Source of the DNA: Octopus vulgaris
Lineage: Eukaryota
DNA length: 64,000 nt
Assembly: GCA_951406725.2 (NCBI GenBank)
Contig: OX597819.1
Location: 40,982,001 to 41,046,000, forward strand
Direction of reading: 5' to 3'
Position 1 is the first letter of the stretch; each line of letters begins with the position of its first letter. The notes under the pieces were generated by a model. The model was not told the DNA's origin. It ran no database searches and saw nothing but the letters and a program-made list of their open reading frames with translations. Shown in pieces: positions 30,117 to 44,602 of this stretch. The position numbers and the translations under genes were made by a program.

Positions 30117-30240
30117 TGCGATGGGCTTGTTTCAGTTTCCGTCTACCAAATGTACTCACAAGGCTTTGGTCGACCCGAGGCTATAGTAGAAGACACTTGC
30201 CCAAGGTGCCACGCAGTGGGACTGAACCTGGAACCATGTA
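29840..30240 (-). mobile_element. SINE family B, 5'-truncated
   Basis: Near-consensus reverse complement with internal (TA)n. Confidence 0.88.
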
Positions 30241-30611
30241 GTTCCACCCACTTATAATTTCTTGTACTCTTCATCTTTTAACGTAGTGTGTACAGTTGGT
30301 TCATTCACTCCAAATGAGTGGACACTCTCTGACTTTCTAATGAACTTATTAGAACTTAACTTTTTTTTCAAGTTTCTTCCTAAAGTAAAAGCTTTCCGCC
30401 TTTATTTTTGTCTTCAGTACGACCATTTTTCAGTCATTTTCCCATCCCATTGCTAACGGGAAAGATATTCTTACGGAGATGTACTTGCATAGCAAGTGAC
30501 CTGATCTGAGATCGTGTGCTGGAACGAAAACAATTGCAGCGTAGAAGGTGTTTATAAGCCATTTAAGAAACACACAAAACCCATTAGATTCACTTCAACA
30601 TTTAAATTTAA

Positions 30612-30662
30612 TTTGCCAAAATATTTTCGTCGCTTTGAGACCGCGACCTGTTCACTGACAAA
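30612..30662 (-). ncRNA. Candidate minimal type I hammerhead ribozyme with G3:C8 core
   Basis: UUUGUCA-GUGAACA-G-GUCGC-9nt-GCGAC-GAAA-AUAU-UU-UGGCAAA: 7-bp helix I, 5-bp helix II, palindromic AAUAUU helix III. Confidence 0.55.
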
Positions 30663-31034
30663 ATTCCGTGCTGCATCTATTCTTAATAGGGGTGGGGAAG
30701 ACAGAAATAGTGATGCCAAAAGCTGTACAAAGAAATAAACAATAAAAACCCTGAAACAATAAAGACTTCCGCTGCTGTTACTAGTCATTGCTATGGCAGC
30801 AGAGTATACTCGCTACGGGATCATTTTCTTCTTTTCTCTCTCTCTTTCTCCCTCTCTCTCTCCCTCTCTTACTCCCTCTCTTTCTACCTCTTTCTATCTC
30901 TCTTACCCCGCCCCTCTCCCTCTCATTTTACATCGGATTGTGTTGTATGAAATGTATCTGTTAAATAAAAACCGGTTAGAATTAATTAACCGAGTTAACT
31001 AGAGACGCGTTAATCGAAACCATCTTAAGCAAAG

Positions 31035-31078
<44 letters not shown>

Positions 31079-31448
31079 CAGCGACTTTTCTAATACATAT
31101 ATCCCTCACAAGTAGTGGACAGGCCATGATTATGGCAGAAGAGACACTTGCCCAAGATGTCATGTAGTAATTGGATCGCGGTTTAATTTCTTAATTACAA
31201 ACCCATTCTTGCATCTAGTTATCTAATTAATTACTTATCATGCCGGAATAAAAATAAACTAGTTGATTTTATCCGTTATGTTTGTAATTTTGCGCTTTCC
31301 TCTGTTCGCTAAAACCGAAAGTCTACTAAAATCCTCCTCAATAACATGCAGAAACATCAAACGAATATTTGCCATCGTCTACTGCAGAAAAAATTCATGC
31401 AAATACTGAAGAATATCGAAGTACATTCATGTTCTTTAGACATATATA

Positions 31449-31481
<33 letters not shown>

Positions 31482-32221
31482 CGCGCGTATATGTATGTAT
31501 GTATATACAAGAGCAGAATTAAGATGGAACGTTTAGTTTACCTTTTTATTGTAATAACATCTATTAAATAATCTTTACACGTGTTTCACTAACAAATACT
31601 AGAATGTTGTGCGGTAATCGTTATGTAGATGATTGCATAATCACCTTGGTACGCCAGATCTTCAGAAGAAAATAATTTAATCCATAATTATTTATCGAAT
31701 GGTATACAGTGCTAAATGAGAACTGCATATAAATTCTACATGGCTGTTAGGTAAAGTAAGGACATTATTATTTTCTCAGTGAGATAAAGATAGACAGAAG
31801 GGAAGGGTTAAAATATATGGTCAGGGCATCAAAGGAAAAAATAAAATAAAAGCTCCACCTCTAAATTATCGTAGATGTTAAAAATTGGAGTTAACGGTGA
31901 TAAATTGTCCAGAAGTTTTTTATAGGAGATAAAACAAGGTTGGACTGAATGTACTTGTACATGCACACACACACGCGCACGCGTGCACATGCACACACAC
32001 ACTCTTTCTCACATACACACACGCAATGGATCCGACACTATGGATCTTTATTATGAAATGAATGTGGTTGCGGCATAAGTCACGATTCACGCGAAACACT
32101 TGTTAAAATAAGACTGTTACATAACATCTTTTGTTTATTTTGTATCCTTTATTTTGTACTCTGTATCTTGTATTCCATGTAAATATTGTTATTAAGCCTA
32201 TTTGTGTTAATCCACCTTCCT

Positions 32222-32317
<96 letters not shown>

Positions 32318-32319
<2 letters not shown>

Positions 32320-32702
32320 TCTTTTACTTGTTTCAGTCATTTGACTGCGGTCATGCTGGAGCACCGCCTTTAGTCGAGCAAATTGACCCAGGGACTTATT
32401 CTTTGTAAGCCCAGTCTATCGGTCTCTTTTGCCGAACCGCTAAGTGACGGGGACGTAAACACACCAGCATCGGTTGTCAAGCAATGCTAGGGGGACAAAC
32501 ACAGACACGCAAACACACACACACACACACATACATATATACCACAGGCTTCTTTCAGTTTCCGTCTACCAAATCCACTCACAAGGCATTGGTCGGCCCG
32601 GGGCTATAGCAGAAGACACTTGCCCAAGATGCCACGCAGTGGGACTGAACCCGGAACCATGTGGCTGGTTAGCAAGCTACTTACCACACAGCCACTCCTG
32701 CG

Positions 32703-32705
<3 letters not shown>
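32318..32705 (-). mobile_element. SINE family B, full length
   Basis: Near-consensus, within (TA)n on both sides. Confidence 0.9.
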
Positions 32706-32751
<46 letters not shown>

Positions 32752-32754
32752 CAC

Positions 32755-32816
<62 letters not shown>

Positions 32817-32818
32817 GC

Positions 32819-32869
<51 letters not shown>

Positions 32870-33339
32870 CATACACACATATAAAGATATATAAACATAT
32901 ATGTGTGTGTGCGTGCGTGCGCGTGTATGCATGTGTATGTACGTATATGTATTAAATGTGACATCTTCCTTTTTCACTTGAAAAAAAACCCAGTTACTCA
33001 GCATAATTTTACTCAGTAATTTTGCTCACACCTTTCACTATTGTGACACCATTTGTAGCTAAGCAAATAGTCACTCGACCTCAAATCACACGTTAATACC
33101 TGAAATCTAACGTCTTAAATCTCCTGTTTTAAACCTACTATCTTAAATACTGTTTTAAACCTGCCCAGTGTAAGAAGATATTTTGCTTTTAGTTAAGAGG
33201 GAAAGTAGTCCCCATGGTTTGTTATAGAAACTTCAAGACAGGTGGGGTGGAGGAGTGGGGAGATATCCTAAAACCGTTAGCAAGCCTCGCTTGAATACTT
33301 TCAACAGAGTGGACTTCTGTGTGCGCCTGTCTGTGTTTA

Positions 33340-33388
<49 letters not shown>

Positions 33389-33393
33389 GCGCG

Positions 33394-33438
<45 letters not shown>

Positions 33439-34474
33439 TTTGTGTACATTTATACACGATGATTAAAAAGTTTAAACCAGTAGGTCTCAACCGGGGTCCA
33501 TAATAAGGCCCATAAGTGCCCATATGAGATCTTTGGGGGGTGGGGGTCCACGCAACAAAATGCCGAGAGTTTAAATCACACCCTGGTCAGCTTTGCCTTT
33601 CAACTTTTCGGTGTCGATAAAAAAAATGTACCTGGTTAGGCTGGTAGATTGGTGGAATTGTAAGAATGCCAGACCGGAGGATGCCTTGCAGTGTTTATTC
33701 CGACATTTTGCGTTCCGAGTTGAAATCTTGCTTTGGTCTACTTGTAGTGTAGATTTAACCCGCAACCAAGTTTGACACAACCACATTGAACCGTAGGTGC
33801 CTTTACGGAAGTCCACCTTGTTATAAATATTCGGACCAGGCTTCCGGTCTGAGGATAATGCCCACCCCACGCATCTGACTTGGAGAATCCTATAGCGTGT
33901 CACGTTGACTACGTTCCCACCTGGCTAAAATAATAAATGTAAGTTCTTACACAGGGCAAATTTAAAACAATATTTAAGATTACAAATTAAAGGTACAATA
34001 AATTTCAAAAAGTGTATTTGAGACAGATTTTTAATCATTTGGGTTTCAGAGTTTTCTCTACATATAATGCTTATTTGTTCATATAGTTTGAATTTATCAT
34101 GCATTATCACGTAGCTTCTAGATTTTGATGATGTAATTATTTATTTTTAGAATGACATTATAGGATAGGGAAGAGAGGTCACATCAGGCTGGTTTTGACA
34201 TAAAACAGGTAGATTATTTGGACATGATGTGACCGGTTTAAACACTAAAGCGTTAAGACGTTATCGTGTGAGCTGAGTTCAAATGATCATTTGTTTAGCT
34301 GCATATGACGCCAGAAATAGTGCAGGGTGTGAGCAAAGTAGCAGAAATGCTGAGTAATTGTTTCTTTCTAGTGAAAAAGGACGTCAAGTATAAATAAAAA
34401 GAAATGGAGAAATTTAGAGCTTTAATATAATGTAATATAAAAGAAATCAAAAATAAAAGTAAACCGGGCATACG

Positions 34475-34526
<52 letters not shown>

Positions 34527-34552
34527 CATATTTATGTATGTATGTATGTATG

Positions 34553-34586
<34 letters not shown>

Positions 34587-34592
34587 TGTATG

Positions 34593-34638
<46 letters not shown>

Positions 34639-34675
34639 TATGTACATATATATTTAATATATATATATATATATA

Positions 34676-35680
34676 TAAATAAAAAATATATATATGCATA
34701 TGTACATATATGTACATACCTACATATATATGTATGTATACATGCATAAATGGGTACAGGACATCAAAAAAACGTTGAACACAATGAGAAACAAAAACAT
34801 AAAAAGGAAAAACATAGAAACGAACTTTCTTTCGAACCACGAAAAATAAAAGAGAAACGCGACATGCAACTTAGAGAATATTCCCCTTCGTCAGTTGCCC
34901 CTGTTTCATCTACTCCACGTTCGAAGGCAAGGACAATACGCGACTTAATTGAAACAGTCCTTCCCGCAAAGCAAATTAAATAAAATTTGGGATTTTTTGC
35001 GGGGGGTGAAAGTGGTAACAAGAACAGGACAGTGAGAACAAAACAGTAAAAACAAACGGTGAGGGCTGTTAAGCCAAGACGATAGAAAAATTATTATGAA
35101 CGCTAGGAAGACGAGCTTATGAGGTATAAGCACGTGTTGTTTTTAGGAAAGAAATGGGTAGAAAGATAGATTCCCTTTCATCACGTGTCAGCGACGAGAG
35201 AGTCGAGGAGGAGGAGTGAGAGAGAGAGAATGGTGAAAAGGAGAGGAGAAGAATAGGGAAGGGTGGGAGAGAAAACCAGAAAGGGTGACGAACAAGAGAG
35301 GGAGAGAGATAGACAGAGAAGAGATAGTAGAGATAGAAGAGTGCATGTATATTTCTAACGACTCACCCCATATTTGTTTTTGTTCGGTTTCCTTGTATGT
35401 CTTCACTGTCCTGCTTTTCATCCCCAACTTTGACCCTCCATAAATCCAAAATTTATTTTGGTACTTATGGGAGCAACTGTCTTCGAAGACTCGTATTGTC
35501 GTTCAATGCTCGAAATGAGGAGTAGATAGACAGTCGACAACTGACGAAGGGTCGTTCTTTGTGTTATTTGTCCTGTTTTCCATTTGTTTCTCACTTTGCT
35601 GGCATACTGAACTCATTTGCTTTTGTATTTCATGTTGTTTACTTTTGAGATGTTCTGTACCCATATATGCATATATTTAA
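34676..35680. mobile_element. Family X repeat followed by a diverged inverted copy
   Basis: 34740-35020 is mirrored by 35410-35680 and is homologous to 1913-2550. Confidence 0.65.
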
Positions 35681-35686
35681 TATAAA

Positions 35687-36066
<380 letters not shown>

Positions 36067-36291
36067 AATTCGTACGATAATTATAAACACGATTTGTTGC
36101 TTTCATCAATAGGTGCCACCAAGAAAAATAAATATAAATATGAAAATACAATGGAATCAACGCCAGGTGGATTCAAACGTTTGAAATATTGACGTCACAA
36201 TAGAATTATAAAATGTTTTTTTTTCTAATTTTTTTTTCACAGAATTTTTATTTCATTTTGAAAGATCTTTACGAAAACTCTTTGTGACATT

Positions 36292-36366
<75 letters not shown>

Positions 36367-36608
36367 TTTGCCGTGTTCATAAACAATGAATGCCAAATGA
36401 AATAGCAACAACTGAGATTTGAACCCGTGTCACAGACACAACTTAATGGGTGCTATGATTATAATCTACAATGTTCACACACATTCGAATGAAGCGGAGG
36501 TGGGTTTTACATGGTCACTCAGCCTTCTAGAAATAGTAGCTGAATATCCCTCAAATCACATACACTGCTGTGTGAACGAACACATGTTTATCAAGGATGA
36601 TATAATCG

Positions 36609-36682
<74 letters not shown>

Positions 36683-36686
<4 letters not shown>

Positions 36687-37240
36687 GCCCTGATGCAGTA
36701 CCAGGCAGTGGCTCTCATGGCTTCTGATCTTAACTGATTGGAAGTGTTATCATGTACATTGTTTTGTCTTGGTATAAAAGATGGGCTACAGCAAATATTC
36801 TGCTCAATACCACAGATTTGCTTGTCAGTTGTTTGACCGTAACCAGTTGAGCATGTCCCTTAGTGGCTGACAATATGTGCATCTCTTATCACGAGCAGAA
36901 GTAGTGGGGGAGCATCATAGCCATGTGTTGAGAGGGATTCTTTGGGGTTTGAATAGTTCACCTTTGGAAACATGGGTGGTTCTTTCAACATCCTTAAACA
37001 ACCCTTATTCAGGGACCGTTTGAGCGGGATGGGCTACTCAACCTGAAGAAAATTCTAACTGGGCCCCACCTGCAAGGTCATGTGCTGTTTATCTTGATAT
37101 GAGATCACGATGTCGCGCACATATGGTTGTGATGCATGTGCCTGGTGTACCTTAATCAGACGGGTAGTCATGATGGGTATATTGGGCTTCGTATATTTTA
37201 CCCCAGTGTCACTTTGATGGCATGAACTGCTCTCTCACTC

Positions 37241-37272
<32 letters not shown>
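36683..37272 (+). mobile_element. Non-coding retroposon segment with (AAT)n tail, inserted in (TAA)n
   Basis: Second copy on the minus strand at 51055-51518; ends CTCTCTCACTCAATAATAAT. Confidence 0.75.
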
Positions 37273-37274
<2 letters not shown>

Positions 37275-37530
37275 TTTCCAAACTTACAGGAAAAAATTCA
37301 ATTTAGCATTAAATCAAATTTCACAATATAAAAATATAATATATATAAATTAGAGAAAAACCACTATTATGCAATTCAATATAAGTTATTTTACTTATTA
37401 TATATTGTTTATTCCTTTTTGTACTTTTGGTGATCTAGTTATGTGTTTTAAAATATATTTTATTTTTTATTTATGATTTGGTTTATGTCTATCATTGTTT
37501 GAATTGCATAATAGTGTTTTTTCTCTAATT

Positions 37531-37538
<8 letters not shown>
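37275..37538. repeat. AT-rich dispersed repeat with 40-bp internal inverted copy
   Basis: 37340-37379 is inverted at 37499-37538; homolog at 41207-41345. Confidence 0.65.
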
Positions 37539-37591
<53 letters not shown>

Positions 37592-38367
37592 GCAGACAAA
37601 AACTGATTGAGATAGGGATATGTTAATCAAAATTTACAGTATTACATATCCATTTCAGCCGATCTTATCAATTAATTTCCTTTTGGGTATTTGATAACAG
37701 CGCAGTTAAGTAACACCATGTTTTCCCCAGAGAAGGAAAAAATGAAATAAGGAAAAGAAAGAATATCTTAGACGGCCACACACACACACACACACCTTTA
37801 AACAAGGACAGAATGGATTATCGTCGAGTTAACACCTTCGATGATAGGCTCCACCAGGGGTTGACAAGGGCTAAGGAGCATAACAACAACATGCCTTAAC
37901 CCCTTGGTGGAATTGTGAGGGTATCATGGTGGTACACGCCATATGTTAGACATTTTCAAACCTACTGGAGCCCATCCCACTCTACATCTGAGCACAGCCG
38001 AAAGAGAGAAAATCAGAGAGAAATAGAAAGAAAAATCGATTCCAGTGCAAGAGTAGCACTTTGTTTATCGACCTTGAAAGACGAAAGGCAAAGTTGACCT
38101 CGGTGGGGCTTGAACTCATAACACAGGGAGTTGAAACGATTGCTACTACGAATTCTGCCCGTCGCTTAAATGACTCTACTAACCAAACGTCTTAACAACG
38201 ACGACGACAACGACAACAACGACAACTATGCTCCCACTTGAACTCGGTGCTGTGTTATCAGTAAGAAGATTACGGTGACATATAAATGTTTACAATTGTT
38301 GTTAACTAAAGTTTGCTGTCTGAATGTTGAAATAATTTTACGCAGTTGTTTACGTTCGAGCAATTCG

Positions 38368-38486
<119 letters not shown>

Positions 38487-38685
38487 GTCTCTATCTGTCT
38501 GTCTTTCTCTCTCCCCCCTCTCCCCCTATTTCTCGCTGTGTGATTGTATATTTGCTTGAGTAAATGGGTATTATGCATACATACATACATACATACATAC
38601 ATACACACACACACATACATACATACATACATACATACAGACAGACACACATACATACATACATACATACATACATACATACATA

Positions 38686-38856
38686 GGCGCAGGAGTGGCT
38701 GTGTGGTGAGTAGCTTGTTTACCAACCACATGGTTCCGGGTTCAGTCCCACTGCGTGGCACCTTGGGCAAGTGTCTTCTACTATAGCCTCGGGCCGACCA
38801 AAGCCTTGTGAGTGGATTTGGTAGATGGAAACTGAAAGAAGCCCATCGTATATATG

Positions 38857-38889
<33 letters not shown>

Positions 38890-39113
38890 TTGTGTGTGTT
38901 TGTGTGTGTGTGTGTGTTTGTCCCCCTAGCATTGCTTGACAACCGATGCTGGTGTGTTTATGTCCCCGTTACTTAGCGGTTCGGCAAAAGAGACCGACAG
39001 AATAAGTACTGGGCTTACAAAAGAATAAGTCCCGGAGTCGAGTTGCTCGACTAAAGGCGGTGCTCCAGCATGGCCGCAGTCAACTGACTGAAACAAGTAA
39101 AAGAGTAAAAGAG
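38686..39113 (+). mobile_element. SINE family B, full length
   Basis: Near-consensus, flanked by (TACA)n. Confidence 0.92.
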
Positions 39114-39127
39114 TATACATACAAACA

Positions 39128-39161
<34 letters not shown>

Positions 39162-40123
39162 CATACATATATGCATACATACATACATACATACATACAT
39201 ACATACATACATACATACATACATACACATGAGCGTGTGTGTGTGTGTGTATGTATATATGTATATTGTATATACATGCAATCGTAGATATACACAAATA
39301 CTTATACATGCATGCTTAAACACACACATACACAGGTACACGCACACACACACACACAGACAGGTACACGCACACACATATATCTTACGCTTTGTAAACT
39401 CCGAATACATGACGTACATAAGAAAAAATATACATTAAAAAAAAAGAAAGAAGTAAACTGTACGAATAGGAGGAATTTAAATTGAAAGTCAAACAGAAAG
39501 GAATTATCGAGAGATAATAGGAAGTTGATCCTGTAAAGATAATATTTAAGTTTCTAGTTTGAATAAATAGAAAGTAGGTCTTTAAAGACAAATGACAAAC
39601 GTAATACGTCTTTTCGCCGTGAGGTATCTTGGGAAAGGGAGTTACTTTGTTTAGTTATAAATACTTGAGCACTAACTGCAGACCTTCTAAACTGTGTTTT
39701 CCTTTAAATTGCAAATCTGCGAGCATTCAAGTCAAATGTTAACTATACTTGTTTTCACCACTAAATAAAATAAATAAATAAATAAATAAAACAAAAACAT
39801 AGATATATATATATTTAAAATTCTACCTGTTTAAAATTTTATCTGATAAAGAACATATAAATAGATTCTACTAAAACAGCTATGGTAAACTTTAAACGAC
39901 ATTTGTGTTTACATTTTTTACCTCCGTCACACGAAGAACCAGCCCCTGAGTCGGATCTGTGGTTTAAATTGGATTTGGTACTTGTATATCTATGGTATCC
40001 AACAAAGACTCCATGTTTTCACTGTTGTCTACCTCACTATGAATTCTCTGTTATCGTACCTAGCCATTTGTACGGGACTTAATTTTAATGAATCCTTATA
40101 AATAAATTATATCAATATTTATA

Positions 40124-40179
<56 letters not shown>

Positions 40180-40268
40180 AGAGTTTACGAAAAAAAACAA
40201 AAGACGAAGACAGGTGGTGTACAAAGCAAACCGATGTATTAGTATAACGCTCAGGAATAGAAAAAAGT

Positions 40269-40304
40269 CTTTTACGTTTCGAGCCTACTCTCTTCTACAG
40301 AAAG
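40269..40304 (-). ncRNA. Candidate minimal hammerhead (U6 variant) in a Penelope-like terminus (about 40177-40390)
   Basis: CUUU-CUGUAGA-A-GAG-AGUAGG-CUC-GAAA-CG-UA-AAAG; palindromic ACGU helix III, GUA triplet. Confidence 0.5.
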
Positions 40305-40665
40305 GGACACAGAAAAAACAAGGAGAGAAACAAGGAGAGAAAAAAGGAGAGAAAAAAATGTGTGTAGTGGCTAACGATCTATCATGGCGACTATATATAC
40401 ATACATATATATATATATATATATACCTACATACATGTGTGTGTGTGTGTGTGTGTGTGTAAATATAAGATCCAAGGATGTAAGTGTAGAAAGTTTGTAA
40501 GTTTCGAACAGTCTGTGGTAGGTACATAAAAAAAGCAACGTTCAGGAACAATAATAATTTATTGGCGAATGTTGTAGGCTTTTCCCATATCGATGTTCGA
40601 TAAGCTAAAAAATCTTTTTGTAGCTCACGGTTAGCGAATTGAGTCGCTATGGATGCGAATAAAAA

Positions 40666-40957
40666 TCCAAATTGAGGAACTGGAGTTGGAAAAATTCGGG
40701 CTACATGTGTTTCCTAGCTAGCAGATCGTCTGATGTAATAAATTTCTCAACGAAGGGTACTCAGCTAGTTACATATCAGGCCGAAGATACCTTAATTATA
40801 TGAAGATCACTTTGTCGTTAAGAAATCCCAAGTTAACTCACTGATGAATAGTTAGCTGAGTATCCCTCGTTGAGTAATTATTACATCAGAGGATCTCCTA
40901 GCTAGGAAACATATGTAGCCTGAATTTTACCTGCTCCACTCCTCCCTTCAATTTGGG
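40666..40957. repeat. Imperfect inverted repeat (arms about 110 bp) containing hammerhead 3' halves
   Basis: Both arms read CTAGCTAGGAAACAyATGTAGCCyGAATTTT outward. Confidence 0.8.
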
Positions 40958-41031
40958 TAAATACATGCATATATATATATTTGTGTGTTTTTGCGTTCTT
41001 GTCCCACTTCGAAATTTATATTTTATATTTA

Positions 41032-41194
<163 letters not shown>

Positions 41195-41569
41195 TTAGGG
41201 ATTATATCCAAACATACAGGGAAAAATTAGATTTAGGATTAAATCAAATTTCACAGTATAAATTAAAATTAAATTAAATTAGAGATAAAACCACTATTAG
41301 GCAACTCAAGCAGTGATAGACATAAACCAATACATAAATAAAAAAAATATATATATATATAATTAATATAATATATAATATATATACAAAATATTAAATT
41401 AAAAATTTATATTTTTAAATTTTTAAATTTTTAAATATTTAAATTTTTTAACTTTTATATTTTTAAATTAAATTTTTTTTTTATTAACCAAAAAGTATAA
41501 AAAAAAGATAAGTATAATATAATAAGTAATAAATATAATAAAATGTTTTAAAAGAAATTTAAAGTGCCT

Positions 41570-41605
41570 ACGTGATAACTGTACACCTACTTTTGGGCCA
41601 CCCTG
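41570..41605 (-). mobile_element. Tc1/mariner-type terminal fragment
   Basis: TA|CAGGGTGGCCCAAAAGTAGGTGTACAGT on the minus strand; partner TIR not found. Confidence 0.45.
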
Positions 41606-41943
41606 TATGTATATGTGTGTGTATGTGTGTACAACGCTACATAAACGCACAAATAAAACATGTTTGTCCATATGCAATTATAACAGAACCGGGCATATTT
41701 TTAACATACCTTTTGTTCGTAAAAGCAAACAAATGAAAGCTAATATTCTCCCGGCTGGAATTATGAAGTTGTTTTTCCTGAAGTTTTAAAGCAGTTACTG
41801 TCTTTTTCTGACGTGTGTAAATTTTCTCGAAAATTCTTGGTCGTGCGGCTAAATAAGTAACTGTCTTTATTCAACTGCAGTTGATTAAGTGAATAGTCAC
41901 CGAAAGATCTAGATGTCCCGTGAAGTAACTTGTGACGGTCACG

Positions 41944-41997
<54 letters not shown>

Positions 41998-42452
41998 CAC
42001 ACCTGGTTTGATACTATCATGTGGCACCTTGTTGCCTACAGCGGACCCTACTCTGTTGCAAGCATTGGAACCAGGTGTCTGGTCTTGTGGATAACTTCTT
42101 CCCTCTCAATCAATCTTTGAGGCCACTTAAAAGATTGAAAAAACTTTCACACCGGCCGCTTTTACGCCTGAGCACGCCTGAGTACGCCTACGCACAAATG
42201 CACTCATACACAGACGAACGTACATGAACAGTCATCTATTCAATATATTTCGTATGTACCCTGTCTTCTATTATTTTCAGTTAACAGCCAGAACTAAGTT
42301 CTATTTACATATAGAGAATCTTACATGTTCGAGCAGACAAGGAAACCTCTACGTGGTTGCTTGACTTGCTAGAAATAACATCCTGATCTCCTTCATTCGT
42401 TCTTACAAGTTATGCTGCACTATCATTTTATTCTAGGATTTTAATTTCTTTC

Positions 42453-42674
42453 TTATTTCTTTATTGCCTAAACATAGAGGGGACAAACAAGGACAGACAA
42501 AGGGATTAAGTCGATTATATCGACCCAGTGCGCAACTGGTACTTAATTTATCGACCCCGAAAGGGTGAAAGGCAAAGTCGACCTCGGCGGAATTTGAACT
42601 CAGAACGTAGCGGCAGATGAAATACTGCTAAGCATTTCGCCCGGCGTGCTAACGTTTCTGCCAGCTCGCCGCCT
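42453..42674 (-). mobile_element. SINE family A, full length
   Basis: Near-consensus; GGATTTTAATTTCT duplicated on both sides. Confidence 0.9.
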
Positions 42675-42930
42675 TTGGATTTTAATTTCTGCCAGCTCGC
42701 CTCTAGGATTTTAATTTCTTTCTGTTAATGGACCGCGCTCGTGCTGTAGCATAGTTTTAAGGATTTAGTCGTTCAAATCAATTGCAGTACTAAATTTCAA
42801 ACTTTGGTACTGATTCTAACCGACTCTTTTTGTAGAACATCACGGATTTACAGGAACATAAACAAACCAAAACAAGTTCTCAAGTGGTGAGATGCAAACT
42901 CAAAGACGCGCGCGCACGCACACGCACACA

Positions 42931-42999
<69 letters not shown>

Positions 43000-43276
43000 G
43001 AGGGGTTGTATGTTATTTTCCACCAACAGTATTTACTCAGAAGCCATTGTTCCGCCTAGGGCTATAAGGATGAGATATTTGACCAAGATTCATTGAGACT
43101 GAACTAAAGACCAGAGGTTTGCGACGCAAACTTCTAAACTACAGAGCCACACCAATAAAGTTAGGCGGAGTAGTCACGTGTGGAAGGCCTTTGATCATAG
43201 ACCTGATCAGTTAGAGTAAAACTGGGCAAGACAACACCTGTTGCTGCTGCTACTACTACTATTACTATTACTACTA

Positions 43277-43309
<33 letters not shown>

Positions 43310-43404
43310 TTGCTGTTGTTACTGCTACTACTGCTATTAATACTGCTGCTGCCACTACTATTAGTCTTGCTGCTGCGGCCACCACCACCACCACCACCAC
43401 CACC

Positions 43405-43456
<52 letters not shown>

Positions 43457-44520
43457 ATGTATGTGTACGTACAGTATTTATAGAAACTTTTATCCCGATC
43501 TTTGAACGTTGTATGAAACAATACGTTCTCACATTACGACAACGAAAATGAAAGCATTATTTACTTCGCAAATCTTTCGTTGTTTCACAGATAAAAGAAG
43601 AGAAATACAATATTTAATAACCTCAGAGGGGAAAAAGAAAGCAATGGAAGTTACGTGAGATCAGAGTCGTCTCTGTTGTCTTTCATGATTAAATACTAGC
43701 GAAACAGCTACGTCATTTTCAAGAGATGTAAGGAGTGTTTAAACTTAAAAAGACAACACCGTCCTTCAGAATGATAGAAACTGTCTCCCTCAGGCCCGTT
43801 GGTCAATTAATATAGATCAATATAAATGAATGTGAAATGTTAGAGAGTTAAATCAAAAGAAACAGGAGAAAAGTAGAACAATTGTATTCAAGCATTTTGC
43901 TCGTTCTAGGGTCGACTTTGCCTTTCATATTGCGGAGATCGATACAATAGGTACCTTTGATACATATTTAATTGGTTATACCACCTTGCATAAAAGTATT
44001 GGTGCTGTGTTGATTAAAACATAAATCAACATGTAAATTTAAGAAAATTACATTTAAACGCTGGGCTCTTCCACGGTCCATTTAAAAGCAGACAGACCTC
44101 TGTCGTGTCTCAGCAAAATGTTAACCTAGAAGAAGCAAGTCCGTCAAGGATTGGTTCAATGCAGTTGGCTCATTTAGGGATATTTTTCGATCTAACGAAG
44201 TTTTTCATCATTATTGAAGACTTGCTAGAAACAAAAGTCTAAAATTTACTAAACTGCATTCTACCCTCTGAAAAACAAGAACACGTCAGACATAGTGGTT
44301 CTGGGTGCAACACAGCCAAAATATAAGACGAGATTATTATGGTGGGTGGAACGTCTTTGATCTCAGATCTGCTTAATCATAGGGATCAATACTAACAATA
44401 GCAACAACATTTGACCTGTAATTTCGTTTGAGTTATCAACCAGCCAATCACTTCATCACTACACAGATTGCTTGCATATCTATGATTCAAAACCTGTTTA
44501 TTTGTATTATTATAATTATA

Positions 44521-44594
<74 letters not shown>

Positions 44595-44602
44595 GGATTT
44601 TG

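Noticed and set aside
33925-34256. Possible piggyBac-like end (..AAAGCGTTAA)
   Set aside because: No matching left TIR found
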